The notes: generated by a model from the letters alone, not told the origin. A DNA stretch of 64,000 nucleotides from an archaeon (GCA_043821585.1 JBDRCQ010000002.1:49658-113657); one strand, 5' to 3'. Positions 18,213 through 27,824 are shown, numbered from the stretch's first letter. Numbers and translations: made by a program.

Positions 18213-18437
18213 ATGGATAACCATAGAAGCGGACCTAGAAGAGATGGCGGCGGATTTCGTGGCGGAGGCGGTGGTGGTGGCAGAGGCGGTGGCGGCAGAG
18301 GCGGATTTGGCGGGCCAAGAGAAATGCATACAGCTGTTTGCGACGAGTGTAAGAAGGAATGTGAAGTTCCTTTCAAACCCACTGAAGGCAAACCTGTCTA
18401 TTGTAAGGACTGTTATAAGAAAAAGAAAGGCTATTAA
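18213..18437 (+). CDS. RGG + CxxC-x17-CxxC zinc-ribbon protein
   Basis: REMHTAVCDECKKECEVPFKPTEGKPVYCKDC; GGAGGT RBS at 18203-18208; TATA at 18172-18179. Confidence 0.9.
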   Translation: MDNHRSGPRRDGGGFRGGGGGGGRGGGGRGGFGGPREMHTAVCDECKKECEVPFKPTEGKPVYCKDCYKKKKGY

Positions 18438-18572
18438 TTTAGTTTAATCGATCGTTAGATCTTATTTTTATTTTTTATTTTTTAGTTTTTTGAATTCTTG
18501 ACGTATTTTGTCGTAACTTTTAGAGTAATTATATATGGAAATCTTTAAATATAGTTATTTTTTGCGGAGGGT

Positions 18573-19847
18573 ATGACAAGACGATTGGGAAAGGTAGGCG
18601 CTGTGCTTGGAACTGCACTCTCACTTTTCGCTGCGGGAGCTAAGGCAGACGAGGGAGCAAAGCTGGAAGTTAAGGGAATAAGCGGTAGAGCTACGACTGG
18701 TGTTTCTATCGAGTATGATCATTGGAGTATGAGGAATACTGTTGGTTTGGCTCCGAAGGGGAACTATGAGGGAATGTTGCCTTCGTTGCATATGGTTGGG
18801 GAGTTTTTCAGGGCGAATGATGTTGTTGAACAGAGGGGGGATGAGACATCGCATTATACTACTGCTGGTTTTATGATTCCAGATATGAAGCTTGGTTCTT
18901 TGAATTCTACTTTTCTTGCTGGAGGAGCTGCTGGAGACGTAAGGGGTTTTTATGCAGAGTCGATAAATACTCTTGGCGATTTTACTCTTACAGGAACCGT
19001 GAGCCATCGGGATTTTCCGGGAAGAGCGACACATTTTGGGGGTGGTTTGGATTGGCAGGTTAGTGATGGTTTTATGATTGGTGGGGGTTTTGATACGGTT
19101 AAGGAAAGAGTTGAATTAGCTGACGAAGAAGGAAACCCATATTATGAAGACCAGAGAACTAATCAGTTTTTGGGAAGAGCTACTTGGGATATTGATGAAC
19201 ATAACAGGCTTGCTGGTGCGTTTGTTCATGTTGAAGAGCCGGATAACACAGATACCAATACTGTGAGTGGGTACTGGATGAATTATGGGAATCCTGTTGG
19301 GTGGAGATTTGAGGGTGCGGCCACATGGAATAATGACCGGGATTTTGAAAGTTATAGCGGACAGTTTACGATATCTCAGAATCCGACTAATGAGAAAGAC
19401 TGGTCTAAGTGGTTGATTGGGAGGGGAGCAAGAGAGTGGGATCAGTATTATAGGGGGGTTGTGCCTACGACCATTGGGGAGTCAGATGGTTTGGTTTTGA
19501 TGGATTGGGTTAATCCTAATGGTGCTTTGGCAAGAGTGGGATTTGTGCATACTAACGATGGTCTGAATACAAATGACGAGTTGTATGGCTCTGTTGGTTA
19601 TGTTTGGGGCAACCCTAAAGATGGAAGATTTGGGTTGATTGGTAATACAGCATATACTGCGGACAAGTTCCCTACTTTTGATGATGGAGGAACGCATAAC
19701 GGGTTTGACAGGGATAGTCAGTGGTATTTGGGTGGAGAGCTAGGTTATCAGAAAGGTAATTGGAGTGTTGGTGCTGGTGTTAATGTTCCCATGAATGGAG
19801 ATGATAGGTATGCTACTTTTGGGTTGACTGCACAGGTTAGTTTTTAG
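18573..19847 (+). CDS. secreted beta-strand-rich protein, outer-membrane beta-barrel-like
   Basis: Signal peptide, amphipathic strands, terminal YATFGLTAQVSF. Confidence 0.5.
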   Translation: MTRRLGKVGAVLGTALSLFAAGAKADEGAKLEVKGISGRATTGVSIEYDHWSMRNTVGLAPKGNYEGMLPSLHMVGEFFRANDVVEQRGDETSHYTTAGFMIPDMKLGSLNSTFLAGGAAGDVRGFYAESINTLGDFTLTGTVSHRDFPGRATHFGGGLDWQVSDGFMIGGGFDTVKERVELADEEGNPYYEDQRTNQFLGRATWDIDEHNRLAGAFVHVEEPDNTDTNTVSGYWMNYGNPVGWRFEGAATWNNDRDFESYSGQFTISQNPTNEKDWSKWLIGRGAREWDQYYRGVVPTTIGESDGLVLMDWVNPNGALARVGFVHTNDGLNTNDELYGSVGYVWGNPKDGRFGLIGNTAYTADKFPTFDDGGTHNGFDRDSQWYLGGELGYQKGNWSVGAGVNVPMNGDDRYATFGLTAQVSF

Positions 19848-20566
19848 TATCTCCCGCCCAAATAGATATTCTTAATCTTTGGATTGTTTAGGATTTTCTT
19901 ATCGCCTTCAAGTGCTATCTTCCCATCTTCAAGCAAGTAGGTTCGATCTGCGATTTCTATGGCTTTTTTTGCGTTTTGTTCTACTATGAGTATGGAAAGG
20001 CCGTCACTCTTTAGTTTTGCTATGATTTGGAAGATTTCTTTTTGGAGTTTTGGCGAAAGGCCTAGTGAGGGTTCATCTAGTAGGAGGATTTGGGGTTTTT
20101 GCATGAGCGCTCTGCCTAGTGCGAGCATTTGTTGTTGACCGCCGGAAAGGGTGTAAGCTAACGAGGATTGTCTTTCTTTTAGAACTGGGAAGCGTGTGTA
20201 GACTTCTTGGAATCTTTTCTTTAGTTCTTCAGGGTCCTTAACTCCGTAGGCGCCGATTTGGAGGTTTTCCTTTACTGTTAAATTTCCAAAGGTGATTCTG
20301 CCTTGGTTTACGTAAGTGATGCCTTGTTTTATGAGTTGGTGGGTTTTTAGCTTAGAGATGTTTTTGTTTTTGAATAGGATCTTCCCGCGGGTTTGGTTGG
20401 CGATTGAGAAGATTGACTTTATGACAGTTGACTTACCTGCGCCGTTCGGTCCGATTAGGGCTACGATTTCGCCCCTGTTTAGGTGCATGTCTATGCCTTT
20501 TAGGACTTCGAGTTCTCCGTAGCCAGAGTGGAGTTCTTTTATTTCGAGGATTTTTTGTTTTGCCAT
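19844..20566 (-). CDS. livF: branched-chain amino acid ABC transporter ATPase
   Basis: GPNGAGKS, LSGGQQQMLALGRALM, LLLDEPSLGLSP and VEQN motifs. Confidence 0.95.
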   Translation of the reverse strand: MAKQKILEIKELHSGYGELEVLKGIDMHLNRGEIVALIGPNGAGKSTVIKSIFSIANQTRGKILFKNKNISKLKTHQLIKQGITYVNQGRITFGNLTVKENLQIGAYGVKDPEELKKRFQEVYTRFPVLKERQSSLAYTLSGGQQQMLALGRALMQKPQILLLDEPSLGLSPKLQKEIFQIIAKLKSDGLSILIVEQNAKKAIEIADRTYLLEDGKIALEGDKKILNNPKIKNIYLGGRY

Positions 20567-20567
20567 G

Positions 20568-21308
20568 TTAATCTCCTAAGTAGGCCTCCAGGACTTTTTT
20601 GTTGTTTTGAATTTGTTTTGGTTTGCCAGAAGCGATGACTTTTCCTTGATCGAGTACGAAGATGTGGTGGGCGAGGTCCATAACGAAATTCATATCGTGT
20701 TCTATTAGCAAGATTGTCTCGCCTTTTTTGTTTAGTTTTTTGAGGGTTTGTTTTATTGAGCTTCTTAGTCTTGGGTTTACGCCAGCGACAGGTTCGTCAA
20801 GCATGAGGATTCTGTGTGGTTTTGCCAGAGCCACTGCAAGGTCGAGGAGTTTTCTTTGACCGTACGAAAGATTTATGGCAAACGTGTCAAGTGGTTTATC
20901 TAGGCCTACAATGTCTAGGATTTCTTTAATCCTTTTTTGGTTGTCTTGAGGCGTTTTGAAGAGACTTGTGAATAATTTTTCGTCCTGTGTTGAAAGAGCG
21001 ATCTCCAGGTGGTCTTTTATGGCGAGGTTTTTGAAGAGTCTTACGTCTTGGAATGTTCGAGAAATGCCTGCTCTTGCAACTCTGTAATCCTGGAGGTTGG
21101 TTATGTCTTCTTTTTCAAGATGAATTGTTCCTGAATTGTCGGATGGAATTAAGCTTGAGATGACGTTGAATAGGGTGGATTTGCCTGAGCCGTTTGGACC
21201 TATGATTGCTATGATTTTTCCTTTCTCGATTTCCATATTACAAGAGTTGAGGGCGTGAATTCCGCCGAAGTGCTTGTGTATGTTTTTTATTTTTAGTATT
21301 GATGTCAT
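20568..21308 (-). CDS. livG: branched-chain amino acid ABC transporter ATPase
   Basis: GPNGSGKS, ISRTFQ, LSYGQRK, LDEPVAG and IEHDM motifs. Confidence 0.95.
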   Translation of the reverse strand: MTSILKIKNIHKHFGGIHALNSCNMEIEKGKIIAIIGPNGSGKSTLFNVISSLIPSDNSGTIHLEKEDITNLQDYRVARAGISRTFQDVRLFKNLAIKDHLEIALSTQDEKLFTSLFKTPQDNQKRIKEILDIVGLDKPLDTFAINLSYGQRKLLDLAVALAKPHRILMLDEPVAGVNPRLRSSIKQTLKKLNKKGETILLIEHDMNFVMDLAHHIFVLDQGKVIASGKPKQIQNNKKVLEAYLGD

Positions 21309-22177
21309 TCTAAGTCAATCCTCCCGTACAATCCCCTTGGGCGGTACATCACGATTAGGATTAGGATGATTGCGTAGATGATCTGCCTTGCGGGGCCGAG
21401 AATCGAACTTGGGAGGGAGAAGAACCTAAGAACTTCTGGGATTAGGACGATAATAAATGATGCTGCGATCGAGCCGGGTATTGAGGCTATTCCTCCGATG
21501 ATTACGATTGTTAGAACGAATATGATTTCTGGGAGATTGTAGGAACTTGGGTCTATGAAGTTTATGTAGTGGGCCATTAACGAGCCGGCGATGCCTGCGA
21601 AGAATGCGGAGATTATCATTGCCTTGTATTTTAGGAGGGCTGTGTTTTTACCTAAGACTTTAAGGCCGAGTTCGTCGTCTCTTGTTGCTTCGAGTAGTCT
21701 GCCGAATGGAGATTTGATTACCTTGTGTATTATGAAGACTGAGACTAGGGTTATGAATGCTGCGAAGATGAGGTAAGTGGCGTTGGAGGAAATTGCAAGG
21801 CCGAATAGGTTTGGGCGAGGGATTCCTGAGATGCCTTGTGGGCCTCTTGTTAGACCGACTAGGTTTACAAGTAGGGAGTAGATTACGAATGAAAATCCAA
21901 GAGTGGCAAGAGCGTAGTAATCCCCTTTTAGCTTTTTGGTTGCGAAAACTAGGAGGACGCCAAAGATGCTTGCTAGCAGTCCTGCTAGGATAAATGCTAG
22001 GATAAATGGAACACCGTTCATCACTAGGAGTGTGGAAGTGTAGGCACCAATGCCGAATAGAGCTACATGGCCAAGGTTGAGCATTCCAGTGTAGCCCAAG
22101 GCGAGGTTAAGACTTACAGACACGATTATGTATATTGCGATTATTATCAGTAAATGAATTAGGTATGGGAGGATCAT
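21305..22177 (-). CDS. livM: branched-chain amino acid ABC transporter permease
   Basis: LNLALGYTGMLNLGHVALFGIGAY, LKGDYYALATLGF, SPFGR. Confidence 0.92.
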   Translation of the reverse strand: MILPYLIHLLIIIAIYIIVSVSLNLALGYTGMLNLGHVALFGIGAYTSTLLVMNGVPFILAFILAGLLASIFGVLLVFATKKLKGDYYALATLGFSFVIYSLLVNLVGLTRGPQGISGIPRPNLFGLAISSNATYLIFAAFITLVSVFIIHKVIKSPFGRLLEATRDDELGLKVLGKNTALLKYKAMIISAFFAGIAGSLMAHYINFIDPSSYNLPEIIFVLTIVIIGGIASIPGSIAASFIIVLIPEVLRFFSLPSSILGPARQIIYAIILILIVMYRPRGLYGRIDLE

Positions 22178-23052
22178 TTGACGCTCCTGTCTTTGCCGAA
22201 GAGACCATTAGGTTTGAAGAGTAGGAAGATGAATAACAAGACGAATGCTATCGCGTCTTTGTAACCGCTAGGGAGGAACCAAACTCCGTAGTTTTCTGCG
22301 AGGCCGAGAATGTAGGAGCCTAAGATTGAGGCTGGGACAGAGAAGATTCCGCCGACGACTGCGCCTGTGAACCCTCTGATGATTAGGAATGTGCCCATTT
22401 CGGGGGAGAGGTTTTGTTCTAAGCCGATGAGAATGCCTGCGACTCCGGCTAACAAGGAGCCGAGGATAAATTAGTAGTCTGAAACCTTTTGTCGGTTTAT
22501 TCCAGAGATGCTTGCCAGTTCTCTGTTGTCTGCTACTGCGCGCATGTTTCTTCCCAACGAGGTTTTTTGCATGAATAAGTAAAGGGCGACGAATAGAACG
22601 ACTGAGGTGATGATTATTGTGATTTGGAGGGGTGTGATGAGTGCGCCTAGAATGTTTATGCCTTTTCCCAATGTGAAGTAGCTTATCGTTTTGACGTTTG
22701 CCCCGAATATTATTTGGAGGATGTTTTGGAATAGGATTAGGATTGCGAGGGAGGCGATAAGTAAGATTATGTTTGAGCCTTTTTTGTTTTGTAATGGGAG
22801 ATAGATCAGTCTGTATGTGCCGAGGCCGATGAGGGCTGAGAGGAGAAGGGTTGGGATTATTGAGAGGAACATTGGTATTCCTGCTACGGAGAATAGTGCG
22901 TAAAGGATGTAGGCTGCTACTGCGACGCTTACACCGTGGGCAAAATGCATGAAACGATTTGTTGAATAGATTAGGGAAAAGCCCGAGGCTACGAGGGCGT
23001 AAATGCTGCCGGCGATTAGGCCGTTTACTGTGAGCTGTGCGAAAAGTGACAT
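22174..23052 (-). pseudogene. livH: branched-chain amino acid ABC transporter permease with one in-frame TAA
   Basis: NGLIAGSIYALVASGFSLIY start. ...KVSDY*FILGSLLAGVAG... is one frame; joined length 292 codons. Confidence 0.85.
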
Positions 23053-23066
23053 GTTTACCTCTTTAG

Positions 23067-23375
23067 TTAGTTATCGTGTTGTTTAGTTAAATATGTTTTG
23101 GGGTCATTGGGATGCCTCTCGAATTCTTTCCTAGGGCCGAGTTTGACTAGGTCTCCTTCTGTTTCGCCTATTCTGAAGATGCATGCTTGGAAGGAAGTCA
23201 TTTGGGTTTGAAATCTTTCTTTGTATGCTCTTTGTACTGCTTCTTTCACATTTCCTTGATAGGGGACTTGATGTAAAAATATGAGAACGTCCTCTGCTCT
23301 CCCGAGAGCTCCTCTTGTGTAAAGATTCAATTTTCTCTTGCGGATTTCATATTCGAAGGATCTGTCGGAGGTCAT
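23067..23375 (-). CDS. hypothetical protein inside the liv operon
   Basis: ATGA-coupled to the methyltransferase; no recognised motif. Confidence 0.55.
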   Translation of the reverse strand: MTSDRSFEYEIRKRKLNLYTRGALGRAEDVLIFLHQVPYQGNVKEAVQRAYKERFQTQMTSFQACIFRIGETEGDLVKLGPRKEFERHPNDPKTYLTKQHDN

Positions 23376-24106
23376 TCTCCCGTCACCTCTTGAACTTGTG
23401 CTGTAACTGCTACCCAGAGGGGGCCGACTTCTTCTGTTGCTGGGTTGACTAGACCTGCGGCTTTATATGTATAACCCATGCCTCTAGGGTGGATTCTCGC
23501 GAACTCGAACCTTTCTCCGTTTATTGTGGATCTGACAAGGGTTGTTCCTGGCGTCATATATTCTATATCGAATCCTATTGCAGAATAGTATTGTTCTAGG
23601 AATTCTGTGGTTGAGTCATCTTGTTTCCAGGTCATGTTTGTTACTAACCCGCCTGGCCTGACAATGCGAGCCATCTCATTGACAAAAGCTTGTCTATCGT
23701 TTGGCATAAATACTCTGAGGCCTCCGAGAGTGTTGTGGGTTGAGTAGGCCATGTCCCAGGAGTCTTGTCGTTGGTCGACTCCCTTCTTTACTATGTCTCG
23801 GAAGTAGATTAAATCGTAAACGCCAGAAGAGTGGGTTGTCAGTTTGTGCGCTCTTTCAATCAGGTCTCTGTCGAAATCTACGCCATAGATGCTCGTTCTT
23901 TTTTCTTGGCCGACTCTTTCGACTGCTATTTCAGGTACTAAGTTTCTGATTGTTCGGCCGTCGCCGCAGCCGAAGTCCATAATGCTGTGAGCTTTAGTTT
24001 GAAGGATTTTTGTGAGAAGAAGGTCGGTTTCTGCTTGAAATGTTTCTTGGAGGCGAGGATCTTGGAACTCTTGAGCCAGAAGGTGGTGTTGGGTGTAAGG
24101 TGTCAT
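23372..24106 (-). CDS. class I SAM-dependent methyltransferase
   Basis: IMDFGCGDG, YGVDFD and MARIVRPGG motifs. ATG at 24106 overlaps the livK TAA (TAATG). Confidence 0.85.
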   Translation of the reverse strand: MTPYTQHHLLAQEFQDPRLQETFQAETDLLLTKILQTKAHSIMDFGCGDGRTIRNLVPEIAVERVGQEKRTSIYGVDFDRDLIERAHKLTTHSSGVYDLIYFRDIVKKGVDQRQDSWDMAYSTHNTLGGLRVFMPNDRQAFVNEMARIVRPGGLVTNMTWKQDDSTTEFLEQYYSAIGFDIEYMTPGTTLVRSTINGERFEFARIHPRGMGYTYKAAGLVNPATEEVGPLWVAVTAQVQEVTGE

Positions 24107-25245
24107 TAGTCGTACCTCACAATCTTGTTGTCTTTTACGGTTTTGATCATCACGGGTTTGATGACATCGCCGTTGCTGTCGAATGTTGTGAGGCCGCCGA
24201 TTCCAGGGTAGTTGTCTAGACCGTAGAGGAAATCTCTTATGCATTCAGTATTGTCGCCATGGCAATAATCTATGGCCTCTGAGAGTATTTTTATTGCGTC
24301 GTAAGCGTTTGCTGCGAATGCGCTTGATTGCTCTTCGTATCTTGAGGAATATTTTTCATTGTATTCTTTGACTTTTGGGTTGCTTAGGTCGAATGCGGGA
24401 GATGTGAAGTAGACGCCGTTTGCTGCTTCGCCTGCTGCTTCTAGGAATTCGCCTGTTTCTAATCCTGTTGAACCCATTATTGTGCCTTCAAATCCTGCTT
24501 CTTTTGCTTGTTTGACTATTAGGCCACCGTCAAGGCCGGAGTTTACTGCTAGGTAGAATGCTTCTGCATTAGTTGCTTGGGCTTTTGCTATTTCTGTTCT
24601 GAAGTCGTTGCTTTCAGGGTTGTAGTCTGAAATTGATGTGATTTCTCCGCCGAGGTCTTGGAAGTTTTCTATGAAGAAGTTTTTGTATGATTGGCTGTTT
24701 GATGCCTGGCCTGCGAGTACTGCGACTTTTGTTATGCCTTTGGAGACTAGGAATTCTGCAACGCCTTTGCCGTGTGCTTCAGATGTTTCTCTGTTTCTGA
24801 ATACGAAGTCACCTGCTGTTGTTATTTCTGCGGAAGAAGCTCCTGGTGTGAAGAGGATTACTTTGTTTTCTTCTGCTATTGGGGCCATTGCTAAGACATT
24901 GCCTGAGCCCATTGTGCCCGCGAGTATTTTGACTTTGTCAATGTCAATTAGTTTTCTTGCTGCTGTTACTGAGCCTTTTGCGTCGCTTTGTGAGTCTTCA
25001 TAGATTATTTCAAGGTTGAATGGTTTTTCTTGGTTGACTTCTTCGACTGCAAGATTCATCGCATTTTTTAGGTCTTCACCGAATGAGGCGTATTTGCCTG
25101 TGAGTTCTAAAGGTGAACCGATTTTGTAGGTTGGTTTTTCTGAGATCGTGTTGCCCGTGGTTGGTTTATCTGTGAAAAATGTTAGAATTGCAATGAGGGC
25201 TACAATGAGAAGTATTATCGATGTCAAGGTTAGTTTCTTTGCCAT
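24106..25245 (-). CDS. livK: LivJ/K-type substrate-binding protein, membrane-anchored
   Basis: KIGSPLELTG, YEDSQSD, FRNR and NAYDA motifs; GGAGGT RBS before MAKKLT. Confidence 0.9.
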   Translation of the reverse strand: MAKKLTLTSIILLIVALIAILTFFTDKPTTGNTISEKPTYKIGSPLELTGKYASFGEDLKNAMNLAVEEVNQEKPFNLEIIYEDSQSDAKGSVTAARKLIDIDKVKILAGTMGSGNVLAMAPIAEENKVILFTPGASSAEITTAGDFVFRNRETSEAHGKGVAEFLVSKGITKVAVLAGQASNSQSYKNFFIENFQDLGGEITSISDYNPESNDFRTEIAKAQATNAEAFYLAVNSGLDGGLIVKQAKEAGFEGTIMGSTGLETGEFLEAAGEAANGVYFTSPAFDLSNPKVKEYNEKYSSRYEEQSSAFAANAYDAIKILSEAIDYCHGDNTECIRDFLYGLDNYPGIGGLTTFDSNGDVIKPVMIKTVKDNKIVRYD

Positions 25246-25256
25246 CTTGGACCTCC

Positions 25257-26426
25257 TTAACCTAGCAAAACAGGTTTGGCGTTTTGAACTTCCCACAAAA
25301 CAAAAAACGATTCTTTTAGGTCGCCGTTTTCATCAAATTCAATTTTTCCGGATTCGCCGTAATGGGCAGGCATTTTATACAGGTAATCTTTGACTTTTGT
25401 TGAGTCATCGCCAACTGCTTCGATTGCTTGTGCTAGAACATAGACTGCATCGTAGCCTTGTGGTGAACCAATTTGAACTGAACCCTCTCCTGTTTTGGAT
25501 TTCATTTTTGCCTTGAACTCTTCGGTGTAGGAATCTTTTGATAGAACATAACGGGTTCCATCTGCAGCGGTTCCTACTGCCTTATAGATTTCTGGATCCC
25601 CCATTGTGTCTCCTGCAAAGACCGGTAAATCAATACCAAGCTCTTTTTTTTGTTTGAAAAATGTGATTGCGCCTGCCGTATATTCTAGGAAGACAATTGA
25701 TTCCGCGTCCGATGTTTTTACTTTACTTAGGGCCGATCTTAAGTCTGAAGTGCCTTGCGTGAATGATTCTTTGAAGACAACTTGTCCGCCTAGCCTCGTA
25801 AATTCTTCCCTGAATACTTTAGAGTATCCCTCCGAGTAATCGTTGATGCTCCATAGTACTGCGACTTTTTTGTAGCCTAACTCGTTGTATATCTTTCTGG
25901 CAAGAGCTTTTCCAGCATCATTGTCTGTTTGATAATCTCTGAAGATGTAGTCGCCTGCGTTTGTTACGTCAGGCGAGGAAGAGCCTGGGGAGATCATTAC
26001 TACTTTGTTTGCTTCTGCTGTTGGTGATATTGTTAGAGTTTCACCAGAACATACACCGCCTACAATATATCGAACTCGGTCTACATTGATTAGTTTGTTA
26101 CCTACAGCAGCTGCTTCTTTTGCGTTACATTTGCCGTCTTCATAGATTATTTCTATTTGTCTGCCGTTAATTCCACCTTTAGAGTTGATCTCAGAAGTTG
26201 CTATTTCGACTGCAGCCTTAACTCCCAACCCAATGGATGCTACGTCGCCGGTTAGGGGAGCTACAAATCCGATTTTGATTGGCTCTGTTGTGCCTTTGAT
26301 ATTATCTACTGCTCCGATGTTTCCTGTCGCATTTTCCGTTCCGGGTTGGAGGACTAGCATTCCTATTAGGACTATTGCCAGGACTACTGCGATTCCGATG
26401 ACGATTTTGGTTGTTTTGTCTATCAT
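25257..26426 (-). CDS. livK: LivJ/K-type substrate-binding protein, second paralog
   Basis: KIGFVAPLTGDVASIG, INSKGGINGR, YEDGKC, FRD and GYDA motifs. Confidence 0.9.
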   Translation of the reverse strand: MIDKTTKIVIGIAVVLAIVLIGMLVLQPGTENATGNIGAVDNIKGTTEPIKIGFVAPLTGDVASIGLGVKAAVEIATSEINSKGGINGRQIEIIYEDGKCNAKEAAAVGNKLINVDRVRYIVGGVCSGETLTISPTAEANKVVMISPGSSSPDVTNAGDYIFRDYQTDNDAGKALARKIYNELGYKKVAVLWSINDYSEGYSKVFREEFTRLGGQVVFKESFTQGTSDLRSALSKVKTSDAESIVFLEYTAGAITFFKQKKELGIDLPVFAGDTMGDPEIYKAVGTAADGTRYVLSKDSYTEEFKAKMKSKTGEGSVQIGSPQGYDAVYVLAQAIEAVGDDSTKVKDYLYKMPAHYGESGKIEFDENGDLKESFFVLWEVQNAKPVLLG

Positions 26427-26468
26427 TTTGTTTTGTTGTTTTTGTGTTTAGTAATGTAGTAGTAACAC

Positions 26469-26519
26469 ATTAGTCATTAATATGTTTCTGATATGATTGA
26501 TATCAGTGATATGACTAAT
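26469..26519. promoter_or_regulatory. nested inverted repeat with two TGATATGA boxes upstream of the liv operon
   Basis: ATTAGTCAT/ATGACTAAT (9 bp) enclosing CTGATAT/ATATCAG (7 bp). Confidence 0.4.
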
Positions 26520-26563
26520 TGGGCCCGGGGGTTTTTTGGTGATGTGCTTGGTTTGTTTGCGGG

Positions 26564-26592
26564 CGGAAGGTTTATATATCAATTGATATATA
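26564..26592 (+). promoter_or_regulatory. BRE/TATA promoter overlapped by a perfect 20-bp palindrome
   Basis: CGGAAGGTTTATATAT, 36 nt before ATG 26600; palindrome TATATATCAATTGATATATA at 26573-26592. Confidence 0.65.
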
Positions 26593-26599
26593 GAAACGT

Positions 26600-26869
26600 A
26601 TGAAATCAAATAATGTGAATTCGATTGCACGGAGCCCGACGCTTGAAACTGTCTTGATGATAGAGCGAGCTATTGAAGAGCATAGTGGAGAGTTTAATAG
26701 AACAGAATTGTGGAAGAAATTGCCTAAGAAGGTGATGTGGCAGACCTATCTTGTGGTGTTGGATTATTTGCAGAGTATTAACAAAATTGCAATTGATACG
26801 GTAGGTACGATTGCTTATATTTGGTCTCCTGAAGTTGCTCAGAAATTCTCGAAAAGAAAGAGGTATTAA
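26600..26869 (+). CDS. small wHTH-like protein, putative antitoxin
   Basis: SPTLETVLMIE...RTELWKKLPKKVMWQT; abuts the RelE-like gene. Confidence 0.65.
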   Translation: MKSNNVNSIARSPTLETVLMIERAIEEHSGEFNRTELWKKLPKKVMWQTYLVVLDYLQSINKIAIDTVGTIAYIWSPEVAQKFSKRKRY

Positions 26870-27205
26870 ATGAAGATTATACGTCCGTGCTAGATAGTTT
26901 TTGCTGATGATAAAGTGGAGAAGGAGTTTAATGGGTTGGATAAACATAGCGAGTTAAAGAAATGGATCAATCGCGCTAAGGATGATATAAAGAAGAATGC
27001 TTTTTGCGGCGTTCAAATTCCTAAGAAGTTAATTCCGAGGGTTTATGTTCAAAAATATGGGATACATAATTTATGGAAATATGATTTGCCTGATGGTTGG
27101 AGATTGGTCTATTCTGTTACAACACCAAGCAAAGTGGAAATTTTGTCAATTATTTTGGAATGGTTTGATCATCCAGATTATGAACGGAGGTTTGGATATA
27201 AATGA
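26870..27205 (+). pseudogene. RelE/StbE-like toxin with in-frame TAG at codon 8
   Basis: ATG directly follows the upstream TAA: MKIIRPC*IVFADDKVEKEF...NLWKYDLPDGWRLVYS. A shorter GTG-start product (26915) is possible. Confidence 0.65.
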
Positions 27206-27263
27206 AATTGTTGGATGGGGAACGTTTGAGTGATGAAGAGATGGTAGTTGTTTGAGGATTCTG

Positions 27264-27824
27264 TTAAAAGCAGAATATCTTTCTTGTTTCGAATTCTTTT
27301 GTTAGCTTGCTTATTCTTTCAGTAAATATCTTCTCTTTTTCTGGGGCGATTTCGATGAGCCCTGGTTTTAGTAATTTTCCACCATGTTTTCTTAGTAGGC
27401 CGTACGATTCTTTTTTCCCGCTGAGGAGATAATTAAATCTTATTTTTTCGCTTTTCTTTAGTTTTCGTAGGTTGTACAAAATTTGAATTTTTGGTGTCAG
27501 GCCAAACTGGTTGGCGAAGTATTTTCCACTCAACACGCTTTTTCCTGAGAGGATGCTTTCCTTTGCGAAATTTGATTTGTCGAATACTGAATACAGATCA
27601 AATGATTTCATATGGATCGGCTTTTCTGTATATTTCTGAAGTTGTTGTTTTATTTTTTGAGATTGATCTAATTGTTCTTTCAGCGGGACTTTGTTGTAGA
27701 CTACAGCAATGTCTATGTCATTTGGTTCTTTTTCTTCGAGGATTGAGGAACCGAACTGGACAATGTCATATACCTCTTTACTGAAGTTCAACTTTGGTTT
27801 TTTCTGCCATACTTTTTGCATCAT
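27264..27824 (-). CDS. minimal nucleotidyltransferase (MNT) with C-terminal extension
   Basis: DIVQFGS...PNDIDIAV motif. Confidence 0.75.
   Translation of the reverse strand: MMQKVWQKKPKLNFSKEVYDIVQFGSSILEEKEPNDIDIAVVYNKVPLKEQLDQSQKIKQQLQKYTEKPIHMKSFDLYSVFDKSNFAKESILSGKSVLSGKYFANQFGLTPKIQILYNLRKLKKSEKIRFNYLLSGKKESYGLLRKHGGKLLKPGLIEIAPEKEKIFTERISKLTKEFETRKIFCF

Noticed and set aside
7322-26893. TAG reassignment or pyrrolysine as the explanation for the in-frame ambers
   Set aside because: TAG ends many clearly complete genes here (e.g. 6680, 19847, 28768, 30465, 40254, 60106). The two ambers imply different residues, and other lesions are TAA or indels.
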